Shown piece by piece: positions 18,098 to 27,018 of a stretch of 47,615 nucleotides of DNA. The position numbers and the translations under genes were made by a program. The stretch's first letter is position 1. Each line of letters begins with the position of its first letter. The notes beneath the pieces are model-generated. The model saw nothing but the letters and a program-made list of their open reading frames with translations, searched no databases and was not told the DNA's origin. Source of the stretch: a virus (taxonomy: Duplodnaviria > Caudoviricetes); IMG/VR virus record IMGVR_UViG_3300036984_000055, positions 1-47,615 of that record; one strand, given 5' to 3'.

Positions 18098-19792
18098 TTA
18101 TGCTGTAGTCACAACACCATTGATTGTCACAGCATGAATAGCACCAGCAAGATAAAAAGTGAATGTTACAGAGTTAAGAACTCTATTGTTTCTGTCATTA
18201 GCACTTGTAGCACTAAACAGAGGCACGTTTACTTTGTAACCACCAATGATGTTACCATCAGAGTCATTCTGTAATGCAGTCATACCACCAGTAAAAATGC
18301 CCTTCTCACCTGACTTCTGTATTGCTGTTTTAACTGCAGCTATACCGTTGTCAGAGTATGGTGTCTTGAGAGCACCAGAAAGAACCTGAAACACATTAGC
18401 CTGAATGTCTGCTTTGATGTAGTCAATAAACACAATGATGTCTGCCCATTCACCCTCAGCAACGCAACCCTGCTCAATCATGTTAATGCCAGCAGTGTAC
18501 AAGTTCACATTACAATTCTTTGCTTCAGCATTAGTTCTCTGTGTAGCAGAGAGATTATCTATTGAAGCACTTGCAATTGTCTTGAACTTGGCTGTCCAAG
18601 AACCCGGAGTCAACGGAAGAAGCTTGCCAATGAGAGCTGCATCATGAAACTCTTTATCAGCATTAGCAGAGTAAATCACCATTGTTCTTGCATAAGCAGC
18701 TGCTTGAGCAGCACTTGCTATTGAAGAAGTAGTAGTAAGTGCAAGATCAGCTGCATACGTAGTATCAATGACACCAGCATTAGCAGAAGCAATCACTGCA
18801 AACTTGCTATTTGCTTCTACCCAAACCATGAAAGCAAGCTGATTTGCTCTAGCAGTAGCATTGTTTGCTTTACCAGAAGGAGTAGCAGTGCAAGACATAG
18901 CATCAACAAGCAAAGCACCGTACCATTCGTTGCTCTCAAGAGCTGTCTTTGCCAGTGCTGTTGCAATTGACTCTGTGTATGTGAAACCAGCAGTTGCTGT
19001 AGGAGCAGCACCAATTGCTTGACTCAAATCAAAATCAAACACTGTAGCATAACCATCGTTGGGCACAACCATGATTGTCGTGCTTGTTGACAACGTTGTA
19101 GCAACAGCGTCGTCTGCTGCAAGTGTAGTCTCAAGAGCAGCAATCGTACCAGCCATATCTGATGACAAATTCGTAGTAATATCAACACCATTGAGATTAG
19201 TTATGATCTTGCCACCAGTCAACGTACCAGAGAACGTAAGCATAACAGGTGTTGCAAGATGCATTGCAATCGTACCTGTCTGACCAGCAATAGCTATGTC
19301 TTTCACAGAGATTGGCTTTGCAGTAGCACAGTGCAGGATAATCGCATCAAAGTCATTTGTGTAAGTAGAAGTGTCGTAAGTAGCAATCAAATCTGTGTTT
19401 GCTTCAATTGCAGTCACCAAGTCAGCAAGCGTACCTGCTTTAGTAGAATTGTACGCAACACTGATGGGCACATCATTGATTGTCATAGTCAACGTGCCAG
19501 CAGTATAAGTACCAGTAATCCAGATGTACTTATAAGTTGCAATTGCTGAGACAGCCACTTGATTTACACTGGGATTCTGAGCTGTAATTGCTTGAAGCAT
19601 TTTGTACGTGTAATTACCAACACCACCACAGAGATCTTCTGCAACAGCTGACAAGTCGCTTGTGTCGTAGAAGTTGATTCTGTTAGTAGTGTTGCAATCA
19701 GGACTCAAGACGTTGATCACACTAAAACTTGGCTGTGTGATTGCTTGAGTGTTTCTCGAAATTGAAACGTTGACAATGTCATTCAGTGGCAT
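18098..19792 (-). CDS. Tail sheath protein (DUF3383-like)
   Basis: IVNVSIS N-terminus, PGSWTAKFK, GEWADII, KTPYSDNG, LAGAIHAVTING C-terminus. Confidence 0.92.
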   Translation of the reverse strand: MPLNDIVNVSISRNTQAITQPSFSVINVLSPDCNTTNRINFYDTSDLSAVAEDLCGGVGNYTYKMLQAITAQNPSVNQVAVSAIATYKYIWITGTYTAGTLTMTINDVPISVAYNSTKAGTLADLVTAIEANTDLIATYDTSTYTNDFDAIILHCATAKPISVKDIAIAGQTGTIAMHLATPVMLTFSGTLTGGKIITNLNGVDITTNLSSDMAGTIAALETTLAADDAVATTLSTSTTIMVVPNDGYATVFDFDLSQAIGAAPTATAGFTYTESIATALAKTALESNEWYGALLVDAMSCTATPSGKANNATARANQLAFMVWVEANSKFAVIASANAGVIDTTYAADLALTTTSSIASAAQAAAYARTMVIYSANADKEFHDAALIGKLLPLTPGSWTAKFKTIASASIDNLSATQRTNAEAKNCNVNLYTAGINMIEQGCVAEGEWADIIVFIDYIKADIQANVFQVLSGALKTPYSDNGIAAVKTAIQKSGEKGIFTGGMTALQNDSDGNIIGGYKVNVPLFSATSANDRNNRVLNSVTFTFYLAGAIHAVTINGVVTTA

Positions 19793-19803
19793 GCTTGCCT
19801 CCT

Positions 19804-20346
19804 TTAAAGTGTTGAAACAGTAATGTTCTGCGTATGAGTGTCACCATTTTTCTCTGTACCAACTATATTCACAGTCTCTATTGTCTTTGTTGTTGTATCT
19901 GGTCCATAAGCATGATCGAAACTTGTCCTACAATTTATCACAGCTGTAGATTTCTCTATCCAATGATCTTGTTCTGTAAACGTAACATCTTTTGCTGTCT
20001 CCCAATCAATAACTATTAAATCATTCTTTGTAAATTCATCTAAAACATCTGATTGCCATAGTGTACTTAACAGTGCATCCAGTGAATTAGTTGAATCATC
20101 ACCACCAATCCACATAATAGAAACAAGAAAGTCTTTTGTAAAATAGATAGTTCTCTTGCCATCGGCATCTGGTCCTGATTCTACAGGTGAACTACCTTGA
20201 ATAGTATCTACTGCATCTATATGCAAAACAACATACGGTCTTACTGGTTGTGGTGCATTTTGATGACGCCATATTGTCGTAACACCAGATTTAGTAGAAG
20301 CCCAGTTGTAGAGTGTATCTTCAATTGCAATCCAATTTCTGCTCAT
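19804..20346 (-). CDS. Tail terminator / neck protein
   Basis: IWRHQNAPQPVRPYV; immediately upstream of sheath. Confidence 0.75.
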   Translation of the reverse strand: MSRNWIAIEDTLYNWASTKSGVTTIWRHQNAPQPVRPYVVLHIDAVDTIQGSSPVESGPDADGKRTIYFTKDFLVSIMWIGGDDSTNSLDALLSTLWQSDVLDEFTKNDLIVIDWETAKDVTFTEQDHWIEKSTAVINCRTSFDHAYGPDTTTKTIETVNIVGTEKNGDTHTQNITVSTL

Positions 20347-20678
20347 TGATTTACCTTAGTTACTAACGCCCAGTAATTAGGTAAAACATTGTTTGTCCAT
20401 CTCTTGACATGAGCAACTTCATACATCTCACCAAACAACTTTACTTTATCTGGATTAGTAGCCTTACCAATCTCTACAGTTCTCAAATGAAAATCTGTTA
20501 TCAACACGTATGAGTCAACATTTCTTCTTGCTTCTTCAAGGATCTCTAAGTCTCTACCATCTGCTGGTTGAATAGTGCTATAGAAATTATAGTTTTTAGA
20601 AGATCCTTCTGTCCATCTACCATTTACAAACTCACCTGTCTCAAATCTAGTCACAGTGAGTTTTTGTCTTGGGATCAT
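20343..20678 (-). CDS. Head-closure protein
   Basis: GEFVNGRW, TIQP, L.ILEE.RR, DKV...GE.YEV. Confidence 0.75.
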   Translation of the reverse strand: MIPRQKLTVTRFETGEFVNGRWTEGSSKNYNFYSTIQPADGRDLEILEEARRNVDSYVLITDFHLRTVEIGKATNPDKVKLFGEMYEVAHVKRWTNNVLPNYWALVTKVNQ

Positions 20679-21235
20679 ACTTTCTCAGCCGTCTTTTGTT
20701 TCTCAACTTCTTTCTTCTCTGTCCCATGTAAAACAAGATATGAAACAGAATTCTTCATACGCCCTGTATCAATTAATGGCTTTGAAGATCCCTTTGCTGC
20801 TATCGTGCTTGGAGCATTTGCTGGTGAATCAACATCGTTTATTGCTTTCTTGATAGAGTTCACCATAAACTCACCTATCAAAGAAAGACCTGAATTAACT
20901 GTTCTAGAACCATCAAGTATATCTGTGCTCAACTTCTTTGTTAAAGTAGATAATTTTCTTCTGTTATTAAAAAGAGCAGGTCTCATAAAAGGCCTAGGAG
21001 GTATAGTAACTTTATTACCACGACCTGCTTTTGTAGTGCCAAACTCTTGTGTAGCTGCTATCAAAGCCATATCAGCCATACTTTTGGGACCTTCACTACC
21101 AGAACCTTTACGAGTTGGCTTCCCTGGTTCTTTACCTTCTGGGAAGCCAACTTTTACATATGAGTTTTTCATCTGCTTGAGAATAGAATCTAAAGCATCT
21201 TGACCTTTATGATTCTCTGTAACAGAATAACTCAA
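20675..21235 (-). CDS. Neck / tail-completion protein
   Basis: VKVGFP, IAATQEFG, IPPRPFMRP, NAPSTIAAKGSSKPLIDTG; start moved to TTG at 21235 (GAGGA RBS, overlaps upstream TGA). Confidence 0.85.
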   Translation of the reverse strand: MSYSVTENHKGQDALDSILKQMKNSYVKVGFPEGKEPGKPTRKGSGSEGPKSMADMALIAATQEFGTTKAGRGNKVTIPPRPFMRPALFNNRRKLSTLTKKLSTDILDGSRTVNSGLSLIGEFMVNSIKKAINDVDSPANAPSTIAAKGSSKPLIDTGRMKNSVSYLVLHGTEKKEVEKQKTAEKV

Positions 21236-21618
21236 CACATCCTCGTTCTTGGCAAGAAGAAAGTAGACTTGATCATTTCGATCAGTTCCTGTCCCCACAG
21301 AGTAGTGACTAGATCTCCATAACGCTTTTGATCTACTTCACTAACTTTTGTGGAGACAGAAACTTGACCCTCTGTCTCTGATGTAATAAATCCAGCAGTT
21401 TGGCCTTTACCACCAGAGTTGTCTCTAGACTCACGTCTAACAATTATGTGCAGTGTCCTCAATGCTACAGCCATATCACGTCTTGTGAACGTAGTACCTT
21501 CTATAACATCATCACCAAAAGCCCCAGACATAGAACCAGCTAATGCTATCAACTGTTCTATGCCTGGGTATGATGATAATTCAGGTGCTCTAATGGCTAT
21601 AACATCAAGTGCTGACAT
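21232..21618 (-). CDS. Head-tail adaptor (DUF4054-like)
   Basis: APEL, ALRTLH, ITSETEGQVSVS, L.TT.WGQE; start moved to ATG 21618 just after the MCP stop. Confidence 0.8.
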   Translation of the reverse strand: MSALDVIAIRAPELSSYPGIEQLIALAGSMSGAFGDDVIEGTTFTRRDMAVALRTLHIIVRRESRDNSGGKGQTAGFITSETEGQVSVSTKVSEVDQKRYGDLVTTLWGQELIEMIKSTFFLPRTRMC

Positions 21619-21622
21619 GTTG

Positions 21623-22759
21623 TTAGATGCCCTCTTTGATATTAACTGCCTTAGGATAGTAAGCAATAACAGAGCTTGTCCTGTAATGACAAGGGACTAT
21701 GAACTCAAGTCCACGCTCCTGAACAGGCAGCTGCTCAAAAGGCTGAGGTATCTCGTACGTCAACACGTCAGGATTTCTCTCAAAAGCGATCAAGCAGTTA
21801 ACTGGAGTAGATGTACCATCTGACGGTTTCTTTGTGATGTATGTCTTTGATAACTCATTGACAGCATAGAAAGAAACACCAGGATTGTTATCCTTCAAGA
21901 ACTGAAGAATAGTTGTATCACTGATTGTCGAACGAGGAGTTCTAGCAAGAATAGCATACTCAGCAACAGGCATAAGCACAGTGTCGGCTTGATGAATGTT
22001 GAGAGTATTAACCATGACGCCAGTAATCGCATCATTCACATCATTGATAATCTGGTCTACAGTCAGAATCAACGCACCAGAAGAAAGCCAAGCACCGTTA
22101 AGTGCAGTCGTGTGCTGTACAGCTGAGTTGTAAATAAGACCAGTCAAACCTGCATAAGAAGCTGAACCGTCAGCGAACCAACCATACTTGTTGATTGTTC
22201 TCTCATAGACGTCTCTTGCAGCGTTTGCTTTTCTCTGTTCGAGAGGCACGTTACCAAACATTGCTTCACGAATCTCATCAAGAGTATACCCATAAGAAAG
22301 TCCAAAGGGCTGAACCATGTATGGGAACTCTTTACCAAACGTATCGACTCTCGGCAAATCCTGTGCATTATGAGCAATAGGAGCAGCCTCACCAACAGTG
22401 TCATACTGTCTGTAAGTGATTGTCTTTGCACCAGGACCAGCTTCAGTAGATACTGGCAAGAGAGTCTGTGCAAGAGTGGCAGGATACTTGACATCGTACG
22501 TTTTTGCTTTGACAAACTCTAACTGTCGAGCAAAGAAAGCAGCTTCACCAGCGTCAAAACGTCTAGAATTCAAGAAATACTGTTGATCAGCATGAATTTT
22601 AGCAATTGCACTGTCAGAGAAACCTACTACTTTGTCAAATGAGTCGTAGTTGTCAACACTTACCATCTTGCGAGCTTGGTAAGAATCCATAGCATTTCTG
22701 AAACCTGCTTCCCACTTAGTGAAAGCATCTGTGTGTCTTGTCTGAATTTTCTCTGGCAT
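21623..22759 (-). CDS. Major capsid protein (DUF2184-like)
   Basis: FFARQLEFVK...YDVKYP...DLPRVD...YGYTLDEIREA...IPQPFEQLPVQ...YYP; AAGGAGA RBS. Confidence 0.93.
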   Translation of the reverse strand: MPEKIQTRHTDAFTKWEAGFRNAMDSYQARKMVSVDNYDSFDKVVGFSDSAIAKIHADQQYFLNSRRFDAGEAAFFARQLEFVKAKTYDVKYPATLAQTLLPVSTEAGPGAKTITYRQYDTVGEAAPIAHNAQDLPRVDTFGKEFPYMVQPFGLSYGYTLDEIREAMFGNVPLEQRKANAARDVYERTINKYGWFADGSASYAGLTGLIYNSAVQHTTALNGAWLSSGALILTVDQIINDVNDAITGVMVNTLNIHQADTVLMPVAEYAILARTPRSTISDTTILQFLKDNNPGVSFYAVNELSKTYITKKPSDGTSTPVNCLIAFERNPDVLTYEIPQPFEQLPVQERGLEFIVPCHYRTSSVIAYYPKAVNIKEGI

Positions 22760-22818
22760 GTTCTTCTCTCCTTGTGTATTAGAAATTGAAACTTGTTGTC
22801 TACTTAAAATCTGTACAA

Positions 22819-22848
22819 GTTAGGAGCCCAGTTTATTAGGCTCCTAAC
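22819..22848 (-). terminator. Stem-loop between decoration gene and MCP (terminator or processing site)
   Basis: GTTAGGAGCC / GGCTCCTAAC 10-bp perfect stem; weak U tract. Confidence 0.5.
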
Positions 22849-22861
22849 ACTTCAATCAAAC

Positions 22862-23542
22862 TTAAGCAGCACCGGTTGCACCCTGTACTCCAGTTGTGCC
22901 CTGGATACCTGTACCAGTTACGCCCTGTACTCCAGTTGTACCAACAAGGCCAGTAACACCAGCAACACCAGTTGCTCCCTGTGCTCCTACTCCAGTCGCA
23001 CCAGCAACACCAGTCGAACCAACAAGACCAGTAACACCTGTAGGATAAACCATTGGCAGGTTGAGATCAATAAGAGTGATACCAGCACCAGTTACAGCTC
23101 TCTTAAACACTGCACCAGGGACCAGAATAGCATTGGTTGAATCTGCTCTGAACTTACCAGCATCAGCGCCAGTGTAGACACAATAAACTGTGCCACCAAC
23201 AGCGACTGTGCCATTTGTCTGTGCCCAAATCTGACCTTTTGTCATAACATTAGCAGATTCATACTGAGCATACTCAGAAGAATTAGCAGTATACGGATAA
23301 GCTTGCTCACCATGCTGTTGAGTTGTGACACCAAGGATTGAGTCACCCACGCTTGTAAGAAGTGTGCAACTCCTATTAGGAGAAGTGAATGCAGGAGTCA
23401 CTGCACCCAGTTTGACTCCAAGACCAAAACCAATACCAGCTGCAAGTTCTACAGTGTACGATTCGATTGTTGAAGTCCTGATGTCCGCAATCATACCTGC
23501 AAAAGCAGCGTTTGGAGAGAGTTGATAAGCTGTCTGACTCAT
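22862..23542 (-). CDS. Capsid decoration/cement protein with C-terminal collagen-like tail
   Basis: Between protease and MCP; AFAGMIAD, IGFGLGV, NVMTKGQIW; last ~60 aa are G-x-T-G repeats. Confidence 0.85.
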   Translation of the reverse strand: MSQTAYQLSPNAAFAGMIADIRTSTIESYTVELAAGIGFGLGVKLGAVTPAFTSPNRSCTLLTSVGDSILGVTTQQHGEQAYPYTANSSEYAQYESANVMTKGQIWAQTNGTVAVGGTVYCVYTGADAGKFRADSTNAILVPGAVFKRAVTGAGITLIDLNLPMVYPTGVTGLVGSTGVAGATGVGAQGATGVAGVTGLVGTTGVQGVTGTGIQGTTGVQGATGAA

Positions 23543-23608
23543 GAGAATCTCCTTTACTTGAAGTTAGTTAGTAGTTGTTCTATTGTAACGTTTGGTTCTC
23601 AATCATTG

Positions 23609-24970
23609 TTACTTGTTTTTGATCATTCCCTGTCGTGCTTCTTCGCTACCAAAAGTTTCTTTTGGTTGGTCGTCATTAGCAACTTGATGTCCAGCAGACA
23701 ACATTTTGTTAATGTCAGAAGGTGTTGCTATTCTAGGGAGCTTTACAGCCATATCAAAACAAGCATTTACGTATTCGTCTGTTTTGTCATCAAGTTTGAT
23801 GTCAGCAAACTTTGATGTGATAGCAGCAAGACGAATTTCTTTCTCTGTCATTGTGTCGAACTTATCTGCTTGTTCTGGGATAACTTTAGCAGCATTTACT
23901 TCAAGATCTCTACGTGATTTAATAGCCATTGCAATCTTTTCAGGTATAGAATCTACAACAGACTTAAGAGAATCACGTTCTGCTGTCAATACATCAATTG
24001 AATCTTTCTTGCTCTTTTCTTCTTCTTCTTTTGCTTTCTCTTTTGACATGAATTCGTCATTTGTTTTCTTCATGTCATCGAGTTCTTTGCACTTGTCATT
24101 ATACTTCTTCTCCCAAGCATCACAATCTTTGCACTTTTCATCAGCAACGATATCTTTAGGCATGTCTTGACCTCCTTCAGAGTATTGAATTTGAATAGCG
24201 TCATTTCTCTCAAAGTTTAGTTTTGCACCGTGACCTGCTCTTGCCATGTCACAAATAGCTACATGATTATACTTTATGTTGCTCTGCTTGTGAGTAAAAG
24301 GTAATCCATTAAAAACACCAGGTTCTTCTACTAAGTCACAAGTATAGCCACATGAGAGTTCTCTCTTACCTAAATCAACATCATCTATAGCATCTATATT
24401 AGTTATCACAAGAGAAGTAAGCAAATCATGCTCGTCTTGCTTTACATTCTCACCAGTGTATCCTACTTGATACTCTTTTGCATTTTGTGAGTTTACAAGT
24501 CTTTCAGGTGGGTGCCCGTTAGTCATGGGTTTTAGTTTGAGAGACTCCATAGAATCTGGGTTGAACACTTCTTCAGGAGGTCTAAGCTCAAGTCTCTCTG
24601 AACCATTAGAATCCATGTACTTGAAAATACCTGCTCGAGTAACTACTGCTTCAGCCTTTACGTATCCTTCATCTGTCTTGAATGCTTTACCTTTTAGTGC
24701 TACTAAATCATAACGTAACACACCAAACATAGATTCTTCTTTTGAAGCATCTGTATAGAACTCCAACGACTTGTAGTCATGTTGCTTAAGCCACTTCTTT
24801 GCTTCTTCTACAGTAAACTTTTCTTTATCAAAACGAATCTCTTGCAACTCAGACTTGTCGTTTTTAGTGATCCCAAAGACAGCATCTATGCCAGTCCCAA
24901 AAGAATTGCTCTTGCGTCTAACTTTGTCATACTTAGTACGATCTTGTATAATAGCTGAATGCTGTTTCAT
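23609..24970 (-). CDS. Capsid maturation protease/scaffold (DUF2213-like)
   Basis: TDEGY...RAGIFKY...RPPEEVF...TNGHP...ELSCGY...YNHVAI...ARAG; charged coiled-coil C-terminus. Confidence 0.92.
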   Translation of the reverse strand: MKQHSAIIQDRTKYDKVRRKSNSFGTGIDAVFGITKNDKSELQEIRFDKEKFTVEEAKKWLKQHDYKSLEFYTDASKEESMFGVLRYDLVALKGKAFKTDEGYVKAEAVVTRAGIFKYMDSNGSERLELRPPEEVFNPDSMESLKLKPMTNGHPPERLVNSQNAKEYQVGYTGENVKQDEHDLLTSLVITNIDAIDDVDLGKRELSCGYTCDLVEEPGVFNGLPFTHKQSNIKYNHVAICDMARAGHGAKLNFERNDAIQIQYSEGGQDMPKDIVADEKCKDCDAWEKKYNDKCKELDDMKKTNDEFMSKEKAKEEEEKSKKDSIDVLTAERDSLKSVVDSIPEKIAMAIKSRRDLEVNAAKVIPEQADKFDTMTEKEIRLAAITSKFADIKLDDKTDEYVNACFDMAVKLPRIATPSDINKMLSAGHQVANDDQPKETFGSEEARQGMIKNK

Positions 24971-25155
24971 AGCTTCTCTATTTCATCATAAGCTCTGTTT
25001 GCTTCTTTGATCAACTTAGAGTCTATCGTATGTCCTGTGAAACTAGTTCTATTTAGACAAAACTGCTTCACAAAATCTTTACGATCACTTGAGACATTGA
25101 TCTCTTCTGTCTCAATCCTCACTACGTTCTCTTCTTTTCTTACACCACGAGGCAT
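24967..25155 (-). CDS. Hypothetical protein
   Basis: GAGGAG RBS; ATGA overlap with protease gene. Confidence 0.7.
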   Translation of the reverse strand: MPRGVRKEENVVRIETEEINVSSDRKDFVKQFCLNRTSFTGHTIDSKLIKEANRAYDEIEKL

Positions 25156-25204
25156 ATACTTCTCCTCTTTCTACTAGCCGTTATTAAAACACCAGAAAAC
25201 ATTG

Positions 25205-25230
25205 TTGAAACAGTGTTTCACGTGTGAAAC
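25205..25230. promoter_or_regulatory. Palindromic operator-like site upstream of head genes
   Basis: GTTTCAC-GT-GTGAAAC (25215-25230) plus a further half-site TTGAAAC (25205-25211) in an intergenic gap. Confidence 0.35.
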
Positions 25231-25297
25231 TTGATTTTGAGCCCTGTTTACCTATGGCTTGATGTGCTTCTATATGCTAGAGAAACACGCTTTCATT

Positions 25298-25594
25298 CTA
25301 GAGTATCTTGCATAGCAACTTAATAGAACGCTCTAGAATTCTACCATCTGTTGTAGTAATCTTGTTGTTTAGAATATATTGAGTACCATGTGTGCCGCCT
25401 TGAACCCAAATTTTTGTCCAATACGTTCCGAACGTATCTGAGACTTTTACTAAATCTACTGGTGTGACTGTCCAAGAACTTGCAGTGATTGTGTCACCTT
25501 GTAGAGGTCCTGACTCTGTTTGTGGATTGCCCCAAACAAATGCATAGTCTACAAGTTCATCATCATCCTTTAAGAACATATTGTCTTCGTACAT
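25298..25594 (-). CDS. Putative fibre adaptor protein
   Basis: FLKDDDELVDYAFVW...ITASSW...KIWVQGGT.G..Y...NKITT.DGR..ERS; small beta protein type usually next to fibre genes. Confidence 0.7.
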   Translation of the reverse strand: MYEDNMFLKDDDELVDYAFVWGNPQTESGPLQGDTITASSWTVTPVDLVKVSDTFGTYWTKIWVQGGTHGTQYILNNKITTTDGRILERSIKLLCKIL

Positions 25595-25604
25595 TTTTTA
25601 GTCC

Positions 25605-27017
25605 TTAGAAAGGGAAAGCAAGAACATGAAACAAATTGTTTAGAACAGGTGAAGGAACTAAAGTTGTGAACTTGTAGTAGACACCAGGGTTTACTTTACT
25701 CGTACCAGTTTTTGCATATCCATCTGGTGAATAAACAGTCTCATCTATAGAAAGATTGTCATAAGTATCTGAACCAGTTTTATCATATGCTGCTGCTGTT
25801 GCTACATAACCATTTGATAAAGCATATGTAGAGAATGTAGGATCGATTACTGCATTTGCATTATAGTTACCAAACGTAGGATTAGAAGTAAAATCGTTTG
25901 CACCTCTTGCCCAGTAAGTCTCTCCGTTGTTATAGTACCCGCAATAATTTGCTGTTTGATGTCCTAGATCGTCATTGTTTAGTAATTGAGTGTTAGAATC
26001 AAAAATGCAGTTTGTAGCAACTATAGTTGTTGTATGTGAACCACCGTATTCTCTGTTGTAGAATACTTTTGAGTAGCCCTTAAAGACGCAGTTGAAAAAA
26101 TTCAAAGTTAAAATTTTGCTATCTGTTCTATGTATTGCATATGTTGTTGAATTTAAAGAATAATCAAAAACACAATTATAAAATTTTGCTAGAACAGCAT
26201 CTGCAAGATAAAATGTTACAGATGTTTGCCAGTTTGAAAGCTTTGATGTAGAACTTAGACTTCTACAATCAAAAAGTTGAACACCATATCCACCAGAACA
26301 CTTTATTTTTATGTTGTAGTACTCACTACCAGCACCACCTGTAAGACCAACAACACATGGATAGTTTGATGTAGAAGAATCTTGAATATATATGTTTTGA
26401 AATGAAGAAACAGCTGCTGCGCTTATTAATCTTGAAGTACCTGATAAAGTATTAGTATTGTCAAATTGAATGTTCTTAAAATGTTGTAATGGTCCTGTGT
26501 AAGCTTCAACATGATAAAAGACATATACACTTGAATAGTCGCAGTTTTTAAAAGTAATAAGTTCTAATGTATGAGAAAAAGTTGAATTAGATGCTCTACC
26601 TATTCTTACAAATTCTTTATTATCTGCGTATCTTATTTCCCAGTTCTTAAAGTTTGTAGAACAGTTAACTAATCCTGCTTGATATCCTTCAGCTAAAGAA
26701 TATAAAGAAACAATAGAGCAGCCAGATTTTACTGGTGTGCCAGTAGAACCTGCTATTGCTTCTCCTATTGTGTCATCATTCTTGTCTGTTAAATAAACTT
26801 TGTTTGTTGTTGTAGAATTTGTAGTGTTTAAAACTGTACCAGTAGAAGAACCAAGATATGCAAATGAATAGTCACCAGCTCTCTTTATGATAATAGGACC
26901 AGAAGTACAATCAAATGTCAATGTATACCCATTACAGTTAATATCATACGGCATCCAGTATGTACCAGCTGTAAGAGTCTTATTAGAAGTAAAATCTGTA
27001 AGAGTTGTTACTGCCAT
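25605..27017 (-). CDS. Parallel beta-helix putative receptor-binding protein, paralogue 2
   Basis: Repeated FYNCVF/FFNCVF/TNCIF rungs; start moved to MAVTT (27017) by alignment with paralogue 1. Confidence 0.75.
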   Translation of the reverse strand: MAVTTLTDFTSNKTLTAGTYWMPYDINCNGYTLTFDCTSGPIIIKRAGDYSFAYLGSSTGTVLNTTNSTTTNKVYLTDKNDDTIGEAIAGSTGTPVKSGCSIVSLYSLAEGYQAGLVNCSTNFKNWEIRYADNKEFVRIGRASNSTFSHTLELITFKNCDYSSVYVFYHVEAYTGPLQHFKNIQFDNTNTLSGTSRLISAAAVSSFQNIYIQDSSTSNYPCVVGLTGGAGSEYYNIKIKCSGGYGVQLFDCRSLSSTSKLSNWQTSVTFYLADAVLAKFYNCVFDYSLNSTTYAIHRTDSKILTLNFFNCVFKGYSKVFYNREYGGSHTTTIVATNCIFDSNTQLLNNDDLGHQTANYCGYYNNGETYWARGANDFTSNPTFGNYNANAVIDPTFSTYALSNGYVATAAAYDKTGSDTYDNLSIDETVYSPDGYAKTGTSKVNPGVYYKFTTLVPSPVLNNLFHVLAFPF

Positions 27018-27018
27018 A

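Noticed and set aside
22144-22515. 123-aa same-strand alternate-frame ORF inside the major capsid gene
   Set aside because: No recognisable domain or RBS; composition typical of an off-frame read
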